Source: Raillietiella orientalis (lineage: Eukaryota). From it: DNA of 64,000 nucleotides. The notes below the pieces were generated by a model. The model saw only the letters and a program-made list of their open reading frames with translations, made no database searches and was not told the origin of the DNA. Below, piece after piece: positions 52,166 through 63,861 of the stretch (its first letter is position 1; each line of letters opens with the position of its first letter). The position numbers were made by a program, and so were the translations under genes. Where the stretch lies: assembly GCA_036172245.1 (NCBI GenBank), contig JAYWIR010000016.1:434001-498000 (forward strand), read 5' to 3'.

Positions 52166-53774
52166 ATGACCCGGCAATACGGGATGAGGTCACTCCAAGG
52201 AGTTTATTTTTCGAAGGAAGATAAACATGCAAAGCAGGAAACTGGCGTTACTGAGCACCTGGACTTGAAGTGGGGAGGTGAGCGGGAGGAGATGGTCCGC
52301 CGACGCATGGGTCGGCCACTTAAAAAAAACCCGGAGGGTTTAGTGGAGGGGACCTTAAATAAAACAAACATACGGAGGAGGAGGAGGACCAACTGGTGGC
52401 GGCTTCCGCGGAACTGCGTGCCGCATCCAGGGCGTCTGCCGTCTTTCTTCGCTTCTGCCTGCGGGTGGAGCCACTTTCCCGCATTCTTCGTCACGGACGG
52501 GGTGCCGGGTTTCCCAGAGTGTCTCCTTCCCCCTCCTTCTCCCTTTGGGCTCGAGCGGCTCCGTCTCGCAGCGGCGGGCCAGCAACCATCCGGGCAACGC
52601 AGCTGAGACGGCAGTCGCAAGTCCCGCCGCCGCGCCGGGCGTTCCCCCCGACGTTCGCGCTCCGGAGGACGTCTCCGTCCGCAGGCAGAGCGGGGGAGAA
52701 GGAAGGCTCATTCAGTGGGGAGGAGGAAGACCCGCACGCTCGTCTCACCCCGCGTTGCCGTGGAAACGCGCGTGCAGAGACGAACTCCAGGGCGTTACGG
52801 TTCCTTTCGAATGCCGAGATGCAGGAGTCCCCGGTGGCCGGCAGCGCATCGGCGTCTCTCCCTGCTGGCACGCAGTCCAGGCGGTTCTGACCCTTTCAGG
52901 TCGCGGGTGTGGCCAGCACTTCGTTCAGGACGGACGCAGAGGATACGCCTTAGGGACGCTCCCGCCAACAGGAAGCGACTTTCTATTTGGGGCGGGATTT
53001 CCAGCGAAGGAAGAGATCTAGAAGCACGAAAAGGCAGGCGAAGGACCTGAGCATGCGTTAGAACCAAAGCGCGTGTCAGGGAAGGGCACATTCCTGTCTC
53101 ACGGGCGGGATGCTGCAATCCCCCCCCTCCTTTTTTTTTCGTCCTTGGCCCGAAAAGAAAGCTGCTCCCAGTGACTCGTCAAGAGAGCGAGCTGAGCGTA
53201 GATCGGACAACGACGCGGCGAACAGGTTTCTTCGCTCGCTCGCGCGGGCGGATCCCGGGACCGGTATGGAGGAGGCAACGAGACGGGGGGGAGCCTTTGC
53301 CCTGGGTTCCTTCCGTCGGTCTCAGCAGGTGGCATCGTGAAGACAGCGTCGCTATGAGGTGTCCGGATCTGCCGATCCCGGACACCTCATACGCATTGCT
53401 GAGATCAGGAAGGCGCAGTGCTCTCCGCCATGCTTCCTCCTAGAGAGCAGCCACCCTCGCCTCGACTTGAGGCCGGTCCATGGCCCACCTCATCATGTAT
53501 ATACTGCTCATCGTTGAGTTACTGAGATCACTATCATGCAGTCGAGATCGACATCCGTTAAGCGCACCCGAGGATGGTACTAGAAGACGACCGAGGAGGC
53601 CGGTGGGATAATTGGTAGGCCCCTAAAAAAGGAATGCAGGAGCTTTCAAGGGAAGTTCTCCCCTTGAGCTTCTTATTCCTCAGTCTGGGAACTTGGTTCC
53701 TAGATGGTTTGTTCATTTCATTTGAATAAACACCCTGGAGCAACCGGGTGATACACGACGACCTCTCTGGTCCG

Positions 53775-54670
53775 TAGCCCACGTTGGCGGCCATTTTAGC
53801 TGCGGCCTCCGTGTTGCACCAAGCGTTGCGGGTTCGAACCCTGCCCGGGCAAAGAAGAATCGACTGTGAGAAATGGGTACGTCGCGGATTTCGAGTCCCC
53901 CCCTCTGGTTGGCTTAATAAGCTTCGGATGCGGCACTGGAAGGAACCGGATGCCCCCGTTAACTGGTCAGGATCGGAAGTTGACACTCCGAGGTTTCTCA
54001 CCCTGGTAAGCCGGGGCTTTCGTTATTAACATTTTTACAATAAAAAATTCCATAGTGAAGTCTTGTCTTTTCGAGTTCTCTTCCCTTCTTGACACTCCGA
54101 GGTCCTTCCAGGATTCGAGGGATTTTCTTCGGGATCTCCCCCCGATTGTGAAAATGAAGCCGTCCCTTCCCCCTCGGAAGGGAGGGCATCATGGAGCTGG
54201 TTGACACCCCTCTCGGGGGGCTGCCTCTCCAGAGTGGGGAGAAGCGCACTGCTCCATTCGGGGAGCGACCCTCCAGAGAAATGTGGGAGAGTCCCTTCAG
54301 GGCTTTCTTCAGACGAGGAAACAAGGAGAGGATCATTTCCGGGGGGTAACTCCAGAGCAGAAATTCCAGGAGTTGATCCTTTCCGGGTTCCGTTAGGAGA
54401 AGGAACGAGGAGTAACCCCTTCTGAGGGTCGCTTAGGAGAGAATGAGGAAGAAGAGGTTTCCTTCCCAAGCGCAAGAGGAACGGACTCCTTCCTCAGGAG
54501 CCTTCCTGAATTCATAGGGTGGTCCCTCCGGAGCCATCTTCTCCCTACAACTTGAAGGACCGCACGCACCCTCGTGTGGCGTGGACAGCGTCAAAGAGCT
54601 TCCTGATCCCCTAGGCGGACGGTTCTTTCGCACTCGGTGAACCAAAAAAAAAAAAAACCGAAAAGAAAAG
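53775..54670 (+). mobile_element. tRNA-derived SINE family copy 7 with poly(A) tail
   Basis: GGGTTCGAACCC B-box at 53830-53841, body, A-run at 54644-54657 directly after the 3' motif. Confidence 0.75.
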
Positions 54671-55560
54671 CTGGAAGGAAAGCAGCGAAAGCAGAAGAGC
54701 CCAAAAGGATTTCTCCATCATCAAGGATCAAGGAGGAAAGATCAAACAGTTGTTCCCTCCATCTTCTTGCAAAGTGCTGAGGAATCGTAAAATCTTCACT
54801 TCCAAAAGTCGCCGTTCCAAACTCCACAATTCACGATTCCACCGCTCACAATAGGAAAGAAGGAATTTGGACCGATGGCAGTGTCACAGGAAAATCTCTG
54901 GACCCATTCATCATCGGGTGTGCATTTAACATGAGCCTTATCTAACGGAAAAAGAGGAAACAGGAGCTTCTTCCCGAACCCGCACGACCTTGAGGGGGGC
55001 ACTCTGAAAACCTGTTCGAGTGTGTAACTCGAGAGATGCAGTTGGTCTGAAGGGGTTGCCACAGCGGCGGAAATGTCTGCTTGGACATTTCAACGCATCG
55101 AGGGGGGAGCCGGCTTCCGTCCACCGGCGCGGGATGCTGGCATCTCGAAACGGTTGATGAGCTTTTCCTCTGCGGACAGGGAACGAAGATTTGAGGGAGC
55201 AGCACTCCAGGAGACACTTTCCGTTTCCACGGCGGGATTCGCGCCTAGTTCCGGGCACACTGGTCCACGTTCCTGGAGCACGGACACGTGTGGGCGTGCT
55301 CCAAGGAAACGTACGTCAAACGAGGCACGCGCACTAGCAGAAATCAGATGCGGCTTTCAAGCAGCAACAGACTGACTCTGAAGGGCAAACGCCATGAAGA
55401 GTTTCTCGAAACGCCAATCTGAGTTGCGAGTAGGAGTCTCGGAAAACCGGTCCAGACCCCCAGAGCATCTCTCGAGAAGACATGCTCTGCAGTATTCTCT
55501 CATTCGATCGGCTGTGTTCAGCTGCCAGTCTTCATCTTACCTTTGCACGGAGCTCTGCCC
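54670..55560 (-). mobile_element. Gypsy gag-end / protease / RT-start remnant, cut at the SINE tail
   Basis: LHLSSYTLEQV..FGKKLLFPLF..EWVQRF (protease C-half), IPQHFARRWREQL..LDDGEI..SSAFAA (RT N-terminus). Confidence 0.45.
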
Positions 55561-56199
55561 AGATGCCTTGGAATCCCCTTTCTGTTTCTCTTCTGCTCTG
55601 TCTCTCTTTCACCATCTGCCTTTCCCATCTTCTTTTCACTTCATTCACTTTGCCCTTGTGCCCTCATCTGCTGGTCAGTCCTCCTGCCGAGGGGAAGTTC
55701 CCATCTTAGAGGGCACCTCGTTGCGTTCGGATCTCGCTGGAATCTTCGCTTTCCCTCTTGCCTGGTAAGCTCACTGGGTTCCTCAGGCTGCCGATGCCTT
55801 TGCTCCACGCTGTAAAGATGCTCAGAACGGCACTTCTTCATACTGCTGAACGAAAAACAGACCGATGCTAGCGAAAAACCTGATTTCAATATGAGGGTCA
55901 GCTGGGGGTTGGCGCAAGCTTCCGCCTGAGGGGAAGGGACGTCCCTTTTAGAATCACTCCCTTCTCTTCCCACAGACGTTCACGTCACGCACAGCGTGCC
56001 GTGCAATGCGACCTGTGCTAAGGTCGACCAGGAAGAGATGAGGTACCAGTGTCGCGCGCGCGAGCGGGGGAAGACCAGAGGACGCCTCCTACGCACGGAA
56101 GAAAGGGGCGGAAACCTGAGTAGCCGCGCGTCCCTAAAGCCCCTACGTTTTCCTCAATAGGTTAGAAGGCGGGAGTTGAAGGCCGCCCCTCGCCACAAA

Positions 56200-56740
56200 T
56201 CATAAAGGACGCGTTCAGTGCCGGCAATCCAGGCTGTACTGAAGATCGTAACTTTACAGGGAAAGACACCTCTGGAACTGTATGGAGAAATCTTCATGCC
56301 TCCACGAATAAGGGTCTCTCGTCAAGAAGGGGGCACCAAACACTTTCTGCTTTAGAGATGATGAAAGAACGCTTTCACTGGAGGTTGCACATCACAACGA
56401 AATTAACTGCCTAAAGTTGAAGGGAATTGGATAACAGAGAATGGAGAAACACCTTCGACGATGTTCCTAAAGAAGATCAGTTATTCCTCATGATGGCAGT
56501 GCGAGCAGTCGAGCAAGGTCACGGGAACGTTAGGGATGAAAGCTGACATTTCAGATACCCTAAGCGACTGATGAAGATTGGAGCTGAAAAAGGAGAATTT
56601 CTCAGAAACTACTTTCATTTATTCCCCTGAACTAAGTCAGCATGTTAAAAGCACTTTTGTCGTCCTGCATGCTTCCTGCAGTATCATTAAGTGACCATAC
56701 AAATGGAATTACGTGCTCGCCCTTTCGCTCTCAGCAGGAA
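56200..56740 (-). mobile_element. CR1/L2-type LINE RT remnant
   Basis: MQDDKSAF (ADDTK-like) and VWCPLLDE..TVPEV..LRSSVQPGL (VW.P.L..IP.L-like); truncated at the inverted-repeat arm. Confidence 0.35.
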
Positions 56741-59700
56741 GCGCATAAGAAAAGCGAGGAAAGGGCTACTGATGATGCACGAACTCCGGATCGAGAGCGT
56801 CTATCGTGCTACGGAGGGATGCACATTCGTGCACGCCGAAGCGTCCTGCCCACCCGAGCATCCGCCAAGAAGTACACAGAGGCCCATCTCACCATCGGCA
56901 CCCAAACTCGGGCGAATCCCTGCTGCACGTCTCGGATCACTGCGCGCAGCACTTTCCTTCATCACCTTTGCCTCAGGAGACATGGCGCCTCGATCGACCA
57001 CAACGCAAAGGTGGCACGGGAACAGTGGGGCGATGTCGGAGTCCCTCCTTGCGACCTGATTTCATCCTGGGAAAAGGGAACCGAGTCACCCTACATCCAG
57101 GCGAGCTTCCCACTCAAAAGCAAGCCGGCAGCTTTCATGAAGGCACGCCCTTTCGCTCTCGGCAAGAACCCCAGCCATCAGCTGGCGAGGTCTCCGTCGG
57201 CTGCTGCTCTAGACACCAGCATCTCAAGGACGACGATGTTTTGCGGGAGCCGAAAGTCGCAACGAACTTCCGGGGAACTTCCCGGAACGAACGCGAACCA
57301 CCAGCCCTGCGCATCGAGTGGATGATCAAAGAGGATCTTTACCTAACCTTCCCCATCCTCGTGTCCTGTCCATCTTCTCGCTCTGCTCGGACCGCCCATC
57401 ACCCGACGCATCCGGGACGTCTACTGGCATCCTCCGAACGACCGAATCCTAAGCCACCGCAGTCCAGTTTCCAGGAAGAGAACGGAGCGGGTCCGACGGT
57501 AGTTTGGCCCGATGGCCTAAAGGTCCTTTCGACCGGCGCGGTCCCGAAACCCGAGAAAGCGGGCGTGGCACAGCGACGAACGGTGCTGAAAGCAGATCTG
57601 TTCAGTTCGGGCTGCTGAGGTCGACCCGCTCGCCGCACAGGAGCCCTTCTCCAGCAGCGACGCGGCCGGACAGACCGGGAAAACAGAGGGCATTTATTTA
57701 TTCAGTCCCGAATCTTTTAGGTACATTCTTGACGGACGCTTGCCCATCGGGCGTTCCTCAAAACTCTCGAATCTGCAGACAGAAGGAAAAGCATCTCTCG
57801 CCGTGTGGGAATGCGTCCGTCTGCAGGTGGCTTTTTAAGACTCCAGTAGGTTCGAACGGATGCGTTGACTTGGAATTGGCCCGTGGTAACATCCTCAGAG
57901 ACCCAAAATTCACGCCCCGTGTATCCCAGGAAAACTCGCTCTTCTTTGAGATGGCACTACACTGATCCTATCTATCTGTCCGGTCACTTCTCTTCTGCAA
58001 CATCCTGTGCTACGCTTGCAAATTCACACACTACTTGCTTCTTGGTTCACCACTGAAATTATCCCTAATTCCATCCTATCCTTCTCTTTGCTCCTCGTTC
58101 CCTTCTTTCATCACTGTCAATCTCAATCTCCTCCTTCCACATCCCCCATCTCCTTGACAGAAGCTCCTCACCATGAAATGCAATGCCAACCAATAATTCT
58201 CATCACGGGATCTTTAGACTTCAGAAAGCTACAATTGAACTCATTCAAACTCCCTACTTCTTTGTGCCTATTATCCCCAGATTATGGTCTACTCATTCTA
58301 TTCGGCATCGGAGAAGATCGCAGCACCCCGCATCCTAGATTCGTGAGCTGTCCGCTCCCTCGAAGGCAGCGCGTATTCAGATCTTCTCACCCGGAATACG
58401 TGTGACCTTGACGAAGCAAAGATCCCATCCGATGAACGTCGAGGAAAATGAGGGATGGAGCTGTGACTCGGTGCTCGGCGTTTGCCAAGCCGACCACGCT
58501 CATCAAGTCGGAATTTCAGTTGGAAACAACACATTCAGGATGGCATAGCAACTGCGAACTGTGAAAGGAAGCCGATCCCAATCAGCGTAAAAAAGATAGT
58601 AGAAACTGATAACTTCCCATGGAAATCATTCGGAGTCCTTACTGCCTCCCTACCCTTCTTCCTACCATCAAACAATTACCCTCGCGACCTCTAAGAGCCA
58701 TTTATGGTCTCACAAACCATGTGCTCATAACAAGCGTCGTTTTCTCCTCCTCCCAAACCCATGCAATTCTTAAAAATTGTTTATTGTTTCATGGAAGCCA
58801 AAGTTTTCAAAATTGTTCCCAAGAGAGCAATTAAGAAGCTAGAGAGCGATTACATCACTCCAACACGTGCCATGTCTGAGCACTTAATGAAGCCACAGCA
58901 TCTGGAGGGATTAACAAAATCAAAGCGTGGAAGAGCTCATCTTAGTGAACCCCCTATGACAGTATACTCGAGGGAAGAAGTACAAAACCTATGCACCTCC
59001 CAGTCGCTCGTTTCGCCTACTACTCGCCCCCATCCTGTCCCTATCCGTCATTCTACTTTTCAGAACCAGCAGTGTCGGAATCTGTGCACTCCCGCTCAAT
59101 GAAAATCTCATCGGAATCATTAGATCCAATTTAGAGAAAAAAGATCTTCGGCTTGTTCCTCTTCTCCTTTAGCAAACTTATGGAGCAGTTTCCTTTTCGG
59201 TCCCTATGATCAGTGCATGCACCTATCGCACCAACTAGAATGAAACACACACACACACACACGATAAGATGCCATACAATATTTTCTACATCTTACATCA
59301 CAATGAATCTGCTGTAGTCAGAACATGTTTGAGACTCACAAGTTTTCTTATCCAATCCAGAACTCCCTTTACCTCATTGTTTGCCACAAAACACATCTGC
59401 CACCTCCCTCATTCCTCATTCCTGCCCACATTTTTGGGTTCACTCACCAATTTTCTACCTTCTATCCCAGCAACGCCTCAACACATGCGGCATTAACATT
59501 AAGCTCTTTCCATGGTGGGGAAAAACTATACCAAACCTTATCGGAAAGATTCGGGACTGCATGAATAAACGGGGAAGGAAGGGAGGTTTCCCCTCTGCTT
59601 TCTCAGGTCCCCTGGTCTGTCCAGTTGCGACGTTGCTGGAGAAAGCAGACTACTGGCGTGTGAATTTGCAAGCGTAGCACAGGATGTTGCAGAAGAGAAG

Positions 59701-60946
59701 TGACCGGACAGATAGATAGGATCAGTGTAGTGCCATCTCAAAGAAGAGCGAGTTTTCCTGGGATACACGGGGCGTGAATTTTGGGTCTCTGAGGATGTTA
59801 CCACGGGCCAATTCCAAGTCAACGCATCCGTTCGAACCTACTGGAGTCTTAAAAAGCCACCTGCAGACGGACGCATTCCCACACGGCGAGAGATGCTTTT
59901 CCTTCTGTCTGCAGATTCGAGAGTTTTGAGGAACGCCCGATGGGCAAGCGTCCGTCAAGAATGTACCTAAAAGATTCGGGACTGAATAAATAAATGCCCT
60001 CTGTTTTCCCGGTCTGTCCGGCCGCGTCGCTGCTGGAGAAGGGCTCCTGTGCGGCGAGCGGGTCGACCTCAGCAGCCCGAACTGAACAGATCTGCTTTCA
60101 GCACCGTTCGTCGCTGTGCCACGCCCGCTTTCTCGGGTTTCGGGACCGCGCCGGTCGAAAGGACCTTTAGGCCATCGGGCCAAACTACCGTCGGACCCGC
60201 TCCGTTCTCTTCCTGGAAACTGGACTGCGGTGGCTTAGGATTCGGTCGTTCGGAGGATGCCAGTAGACGTCCCGGATGCGTCGGGTGATGGGCGGTCCGA
60301 GCAGAGCGAGAAGATGGACAGGACACGAGGATGGGGAAGGTTAGGTAAAGATCCTCTTTGATCATCCACTCGATGCGCAGGGCTGGTGGTTCGCGTTCGT
60401 TCCGGGAAGTTCCCCGGAAGTTCGTTGCGACTTTCGGCTCCCGCAAAACATCGTCGTCCTTGAGATGCTGGTGTCTAGAGCAGCAGCCGACGGAGACCTC
60501 GCCAGCTGATGGCTGGGGTTCTTGCCGAGAGCGAAAGGGCGTGCCTTCATGAAAGCTGCCGGCTTGCTTTTGAGTGGGAAGCTCGCCTGGATGTAGGGTG
60601 ACTCGGTTCCCTTTTCCCAGGATGAAATCAGGTCGCAAGGAGGGACTCCGACATCGCCCCACTGTTCCCGTGCCACCTTTGCGTTGTGGTCGATCGAGGC
60701 GCCATGTCTCCTGAGGCAAAGGTGATGAAGGAAAGTGCTGCGCGCAGTGATCCGAGACGTGCAGCAGGGATTCGCCCGAGTTTGGGTGCCGATGGTGAGA
60801 TGGGCCTCTGTGTACTTCTTGGCGGATGCTCGGGTGGGCAGGACGCTTCGGCGTGCACGAATGTGCATCCCTCCGTAGCACGATAGACGCTCTCGATCCG
60901 GAGTTCGTGCATCATCAGTAGCCCTTTCCTCGCTTTTCTGATGCGC
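56741..60946. repeat. Inverted repeat, 1289-bp arms 56741-58029 / 59658-60946, 1628-bp spacer
   Basis: Identical mirror ORFs (56806..57618+ = 60069..60881-; 57504..57965+ = 59722..60183-); ends checked by eye, one mismatch near the outer edge. Confidence 0.95.
58030..59262 (+). mobile_element. CR1/L2-type LINE RT C-terminal remnant ending in a (CA)n tail
   Basis: AT-rich; NFSWKQHIQDGIATAN (LSW..HI...KAN motif), PLRAIYGL..LITSVVFS; ends aatgaaa followed by (CA)n at ~59246-59262. Confidence 0.5.
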
Positions 60947-61143
60947 AACGAGTAAGTTGTGCTTCTAATATTCATCTGATGCACGAAGTTCTTCTCGGGA
61001 TCATCCCGAAAAAAGATATGAAGAGAAAATTTGCGTCCCTGAAAATCCAAACTTTCGAAGTGGCTGTATTCGAACCAGATGCAGTCCCATGCATTCGTTC
61101 TGATGTTTGGATGTCCTCCTTTTTCCAGAGTTTTCCATGGCAA
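59722..61143 (-). mobile_element. Decayed SWIM/YqaJ-like exonuclease ORF (ISL2EU-type); inverted copy at 56741-57965 (+)
   Basis: KARKGLLMMHELRIESVY..TFVHAEA / VLPTRASAKKY..HLTIG..PCCTS..FLHHL (SWIM-like), AFIYSVPNLLGTFLTD (GL.I..P.LGASPD-like), NILRDPKF..ENSLFF. Confidence 0.4.
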
Positions 61144-61899
61144 CGTTCAGGTTAACCCTCCCGCTCTTTTCTGATAAATTCAGGTTTGCTCTTCAGTTAT
61201 GGGGCCGTCTTTCACCTGGAAAAAAAGGCTCATTCCCTTTTCGATATCTATAGTTATCTCGGCTATCAGTGGCTGCTATTCATCACCACCCATTATATTG
61301 AATGCCTCGTGCTTGGCTTCTTCATTGCATGCTCCATTTTTGGTCTTGCTTTTGTCTGCTTCCCGGCGCCTGATTATCCATCCAATAGTATCCAAGCAGC
61401 GCACGCTTCTACGAGAATTTCAGGTGTCCTATTTTGCTGGTGGGCGCGGGGTGTCATGAAACGATTGCCCCAATCTCTTACCGCGTGAAAAGAACTTCGC
61501 GAGCTCACGCCTTTCATGCGTCTTCTGTGTCTCCGCTGAACACCCTCAGGATGTTTGTTATTAAAAGTAGTCTTCCGGCAAACTCTCGCATGCGGAGCTG
61601 AAGCACAGTGCAGATGACCTCTTCGTCTATTCAAAAATCCTTTCGCGGGATGATGGTTTGCGGCACAGGCTTGAGAGATCTAAGGGATGAGATTGAATTT
61701 CCAAATTTCCATTCTATTTGCATCTGGTCGTCCTGATCTGGAATTTCTTCATTCTAATCCAAAATCGTGGATTTGCAACAAGAAAAAAAAAAAAAAAATA
61801 GTGAATCGATGGGTCCATTGCGAAGGTTACGTTTCTCTCAGCACGTGGATGGTAAACTGGTGATTGATAGAGGGAAAGGATTCTGCTCGCATCCAGAAG

Positions 61900-63690
61900 G
61901 AATTTTTCGCTCACCTTCATTCGTATATAATCTTTACTGGAACACAGGACTCAGATTTTGCAGCTTCCTTGTAAGAGTGTGACTGTAGAAAGTGATACAA
62001 TGCACCATCGTATCTTGCCGAAGGTTCTAGACATTGAAGGATGTGGGTGACATCAGGCGTCCAAGCTTAACCTGGAGCTCTGAATTCATTGAGGAATGCG
62101 AATGCAATACCGAGCTCGCGATGGATCTATCGATTTTCCCTCACCGTTCCAGGATGGAGAGATCCTTTTGGAAGTGTGTGGACAGGAAGGGGAAATCCTC
62201 CGGCTTGTTCTGTGAACAGAACCCACAGATGGGTACACGCAAAACCGAATTCGAACCATCTTTTCTAGGGTTCACTCGAAGTGGAAGCCCCTGGGGCAGA
62301 CCACGAACAGAACGGCTCTCGTCCACTTGCTGTGATTGGCTGGAAGCTTTCAGATTCCGGATAATTCGACACGGGAATGGCATCTCCATCTTCAGAGGAG
62401 GCCGTTACCTGGTTTGAGGCACCACAGACAGGATTCGAGCTTCCCACTGAGATGTGAGATCCCTTGAATCTCGTGGACTTTCTGGAAGTTTCTGGATCCT
62501 GAGATGCACGGTGATGGAAGCGAGCTACCATTTGCTGATGGTTAGGCCGTCATCCCATTCCATCCTATTTGACTTCCCGGCGTGCGGTTTCTTTTTGACC
62601 GCAAGATTCCGCGTTCCCGTGAAGCTCCCGCCTTCGAAGCCAATCACTGCATCAGACACAAGCTGATGTGGGAAGGAAGAGGAAGCAATGAAGCAGCACT
62701 TCAAGGATTCATTTACCCAAGATCTTTTTCGACAAGTCGCTTCAGAACAGAAACCTTTGATCTCTTCCCTCATGGGCGAGTGCTGTGGTTCTAGAAGAGG
62801 GGACACTTCTGACAAGGTCCGAGGCGCCTCAGGGACCGGGCGCCAGTCTCCCCGGGTCGTGTTGGGCTTCGCTCGAAAGTGAGAAGGATCCACTGATGGG
62901 CGAAGGGTCGAGCACTAACAAAAGACTCCGTTCTTCACACCTGAATCTGTCTTTCGGCCCTGAGAAATCTGGCGTGTGCGCATTTCCATGGAGCATGGGA
63001 TTTGGATTCCAGCTGCCCAGTGTGACCGCCGGACTCACCAGAATCTTTTGGCATCACTTTCTCTCTTCTGTTTCTGATACCTCCATCAGGCTGAGGCTCA
63101 AGAGCTTGCCGAATTTCCTGCTCCTTGTTGGCAGCCGAGTATGTATCAGGAAAAATCGAGACCCGCAAGTCTTACAGCAATGCAACGAAGAAGCGCATCG
63201 AAAACACTTCAGGGTTGTTTGGTGACCAACCCTTGGAGGTCGGTTTGCTTCATCCTTGGATTGCAGTCGGGATAGACGGAGAATTTCCCAGAGATTCCGA
63301 GAGCCGGTTCCGTGTGTTGCATCACGAACGGATATTTGAAATCCAAAAACACTCCGTCACCTAGGCAACGGCACCGCTGATTCGCCTTTGCCACCATCGT
63401 TTTCCATAATGCTGATGGAGTTTTATTCAAACGAAGCTGCTTCCAGTTACCGTATTCTTCCGTCTGACCAAAAGATATCATACGATCTGTGTACACCGAG
63501 CATGCGGAGAACACTTTTACCGATTGTGCACTCCCTGGATAAGACTGCACTCGTGAGCACGTAGAAATGGCAAAAGTATGGCCAGAGATACCATCAGAAA
63601 TGAGTTACCAGAAAGGTCACCACACGAATGCATTGGCAAGTGGGCAACGTGACATGATGGAAACCGTTTTTGCGTTCTTCCGCTTTCTCT
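61900..63690 (-). mobile_element. CR1/L2/Jockey-type LINE reverse transcriptase remnant
   Basis: SVKVFS..DRMISF..DGVFLDFKYPF..GISG (RT domains 2-3), PEVFSMRFF..DL..SIFPD (PQGS/FADD-like), SEVSPLLE (VRP.LEY-like). Confidence 0.55.
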
Positions 63691-63699
63691 GCTTTTCCT

Positions 63700-63860
63700 C
63701 CACCTCTTTTTTTTGTTTTTCGGATTTTCTTTTTTTTTTGGTTTGCCAAGTGCTGAAGAACCGTTCATCACCTTCGGAGGAAGAGGAGGGAGGGAGGAGG
63801 GGTTCACGAAGCTCTTTTAATAACATCCATTCCACTTGAAGGTGCGTGGAACTCTTCAAG
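63700..63860 (-). mobile_element. SINE family copy 8, 3' end only, interrupted by a LINE 3' end
   Basis: T-rich tail then ggtttgccaagtgctgaagaacc and gaagctctt..gaaggtgcgtgg..tcttcaag, as in copies 1, 4 and 5. Confidence 0.6.
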
Positions 63861-63861
63861 T

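Larger units (their letters stand above)
26104..54627. repeat. Dispersed inverted repeat, ~785-bp arms 26104-26887 / 53844-54627, ~27 kb apart
   Basis: Identical ORF translations (26256..26696+ = 54035..54475-; 26395..26733+ = 53998..54336-); only a few mismatches near 26770-26860. Confidence 0.95.

Noticed and set aside
53790..53850. tRNA gene
   Set aside because: B-box present but no complete cloverleaf; it is the head of the repeated SINE
56567..56590. Hammerhead ribozyme core (CTGATGA...GAAA)
   Set aside because: No stem II or flanking helices can be formed; the other CTGATGA hits I checked also lack them
56806..57618. 270-aa ORF duplicated at 60069..60881 as a real gene pair
   Set aside because: Identity comes from the inverted duplication; the recognisable motifs are spread over other frames
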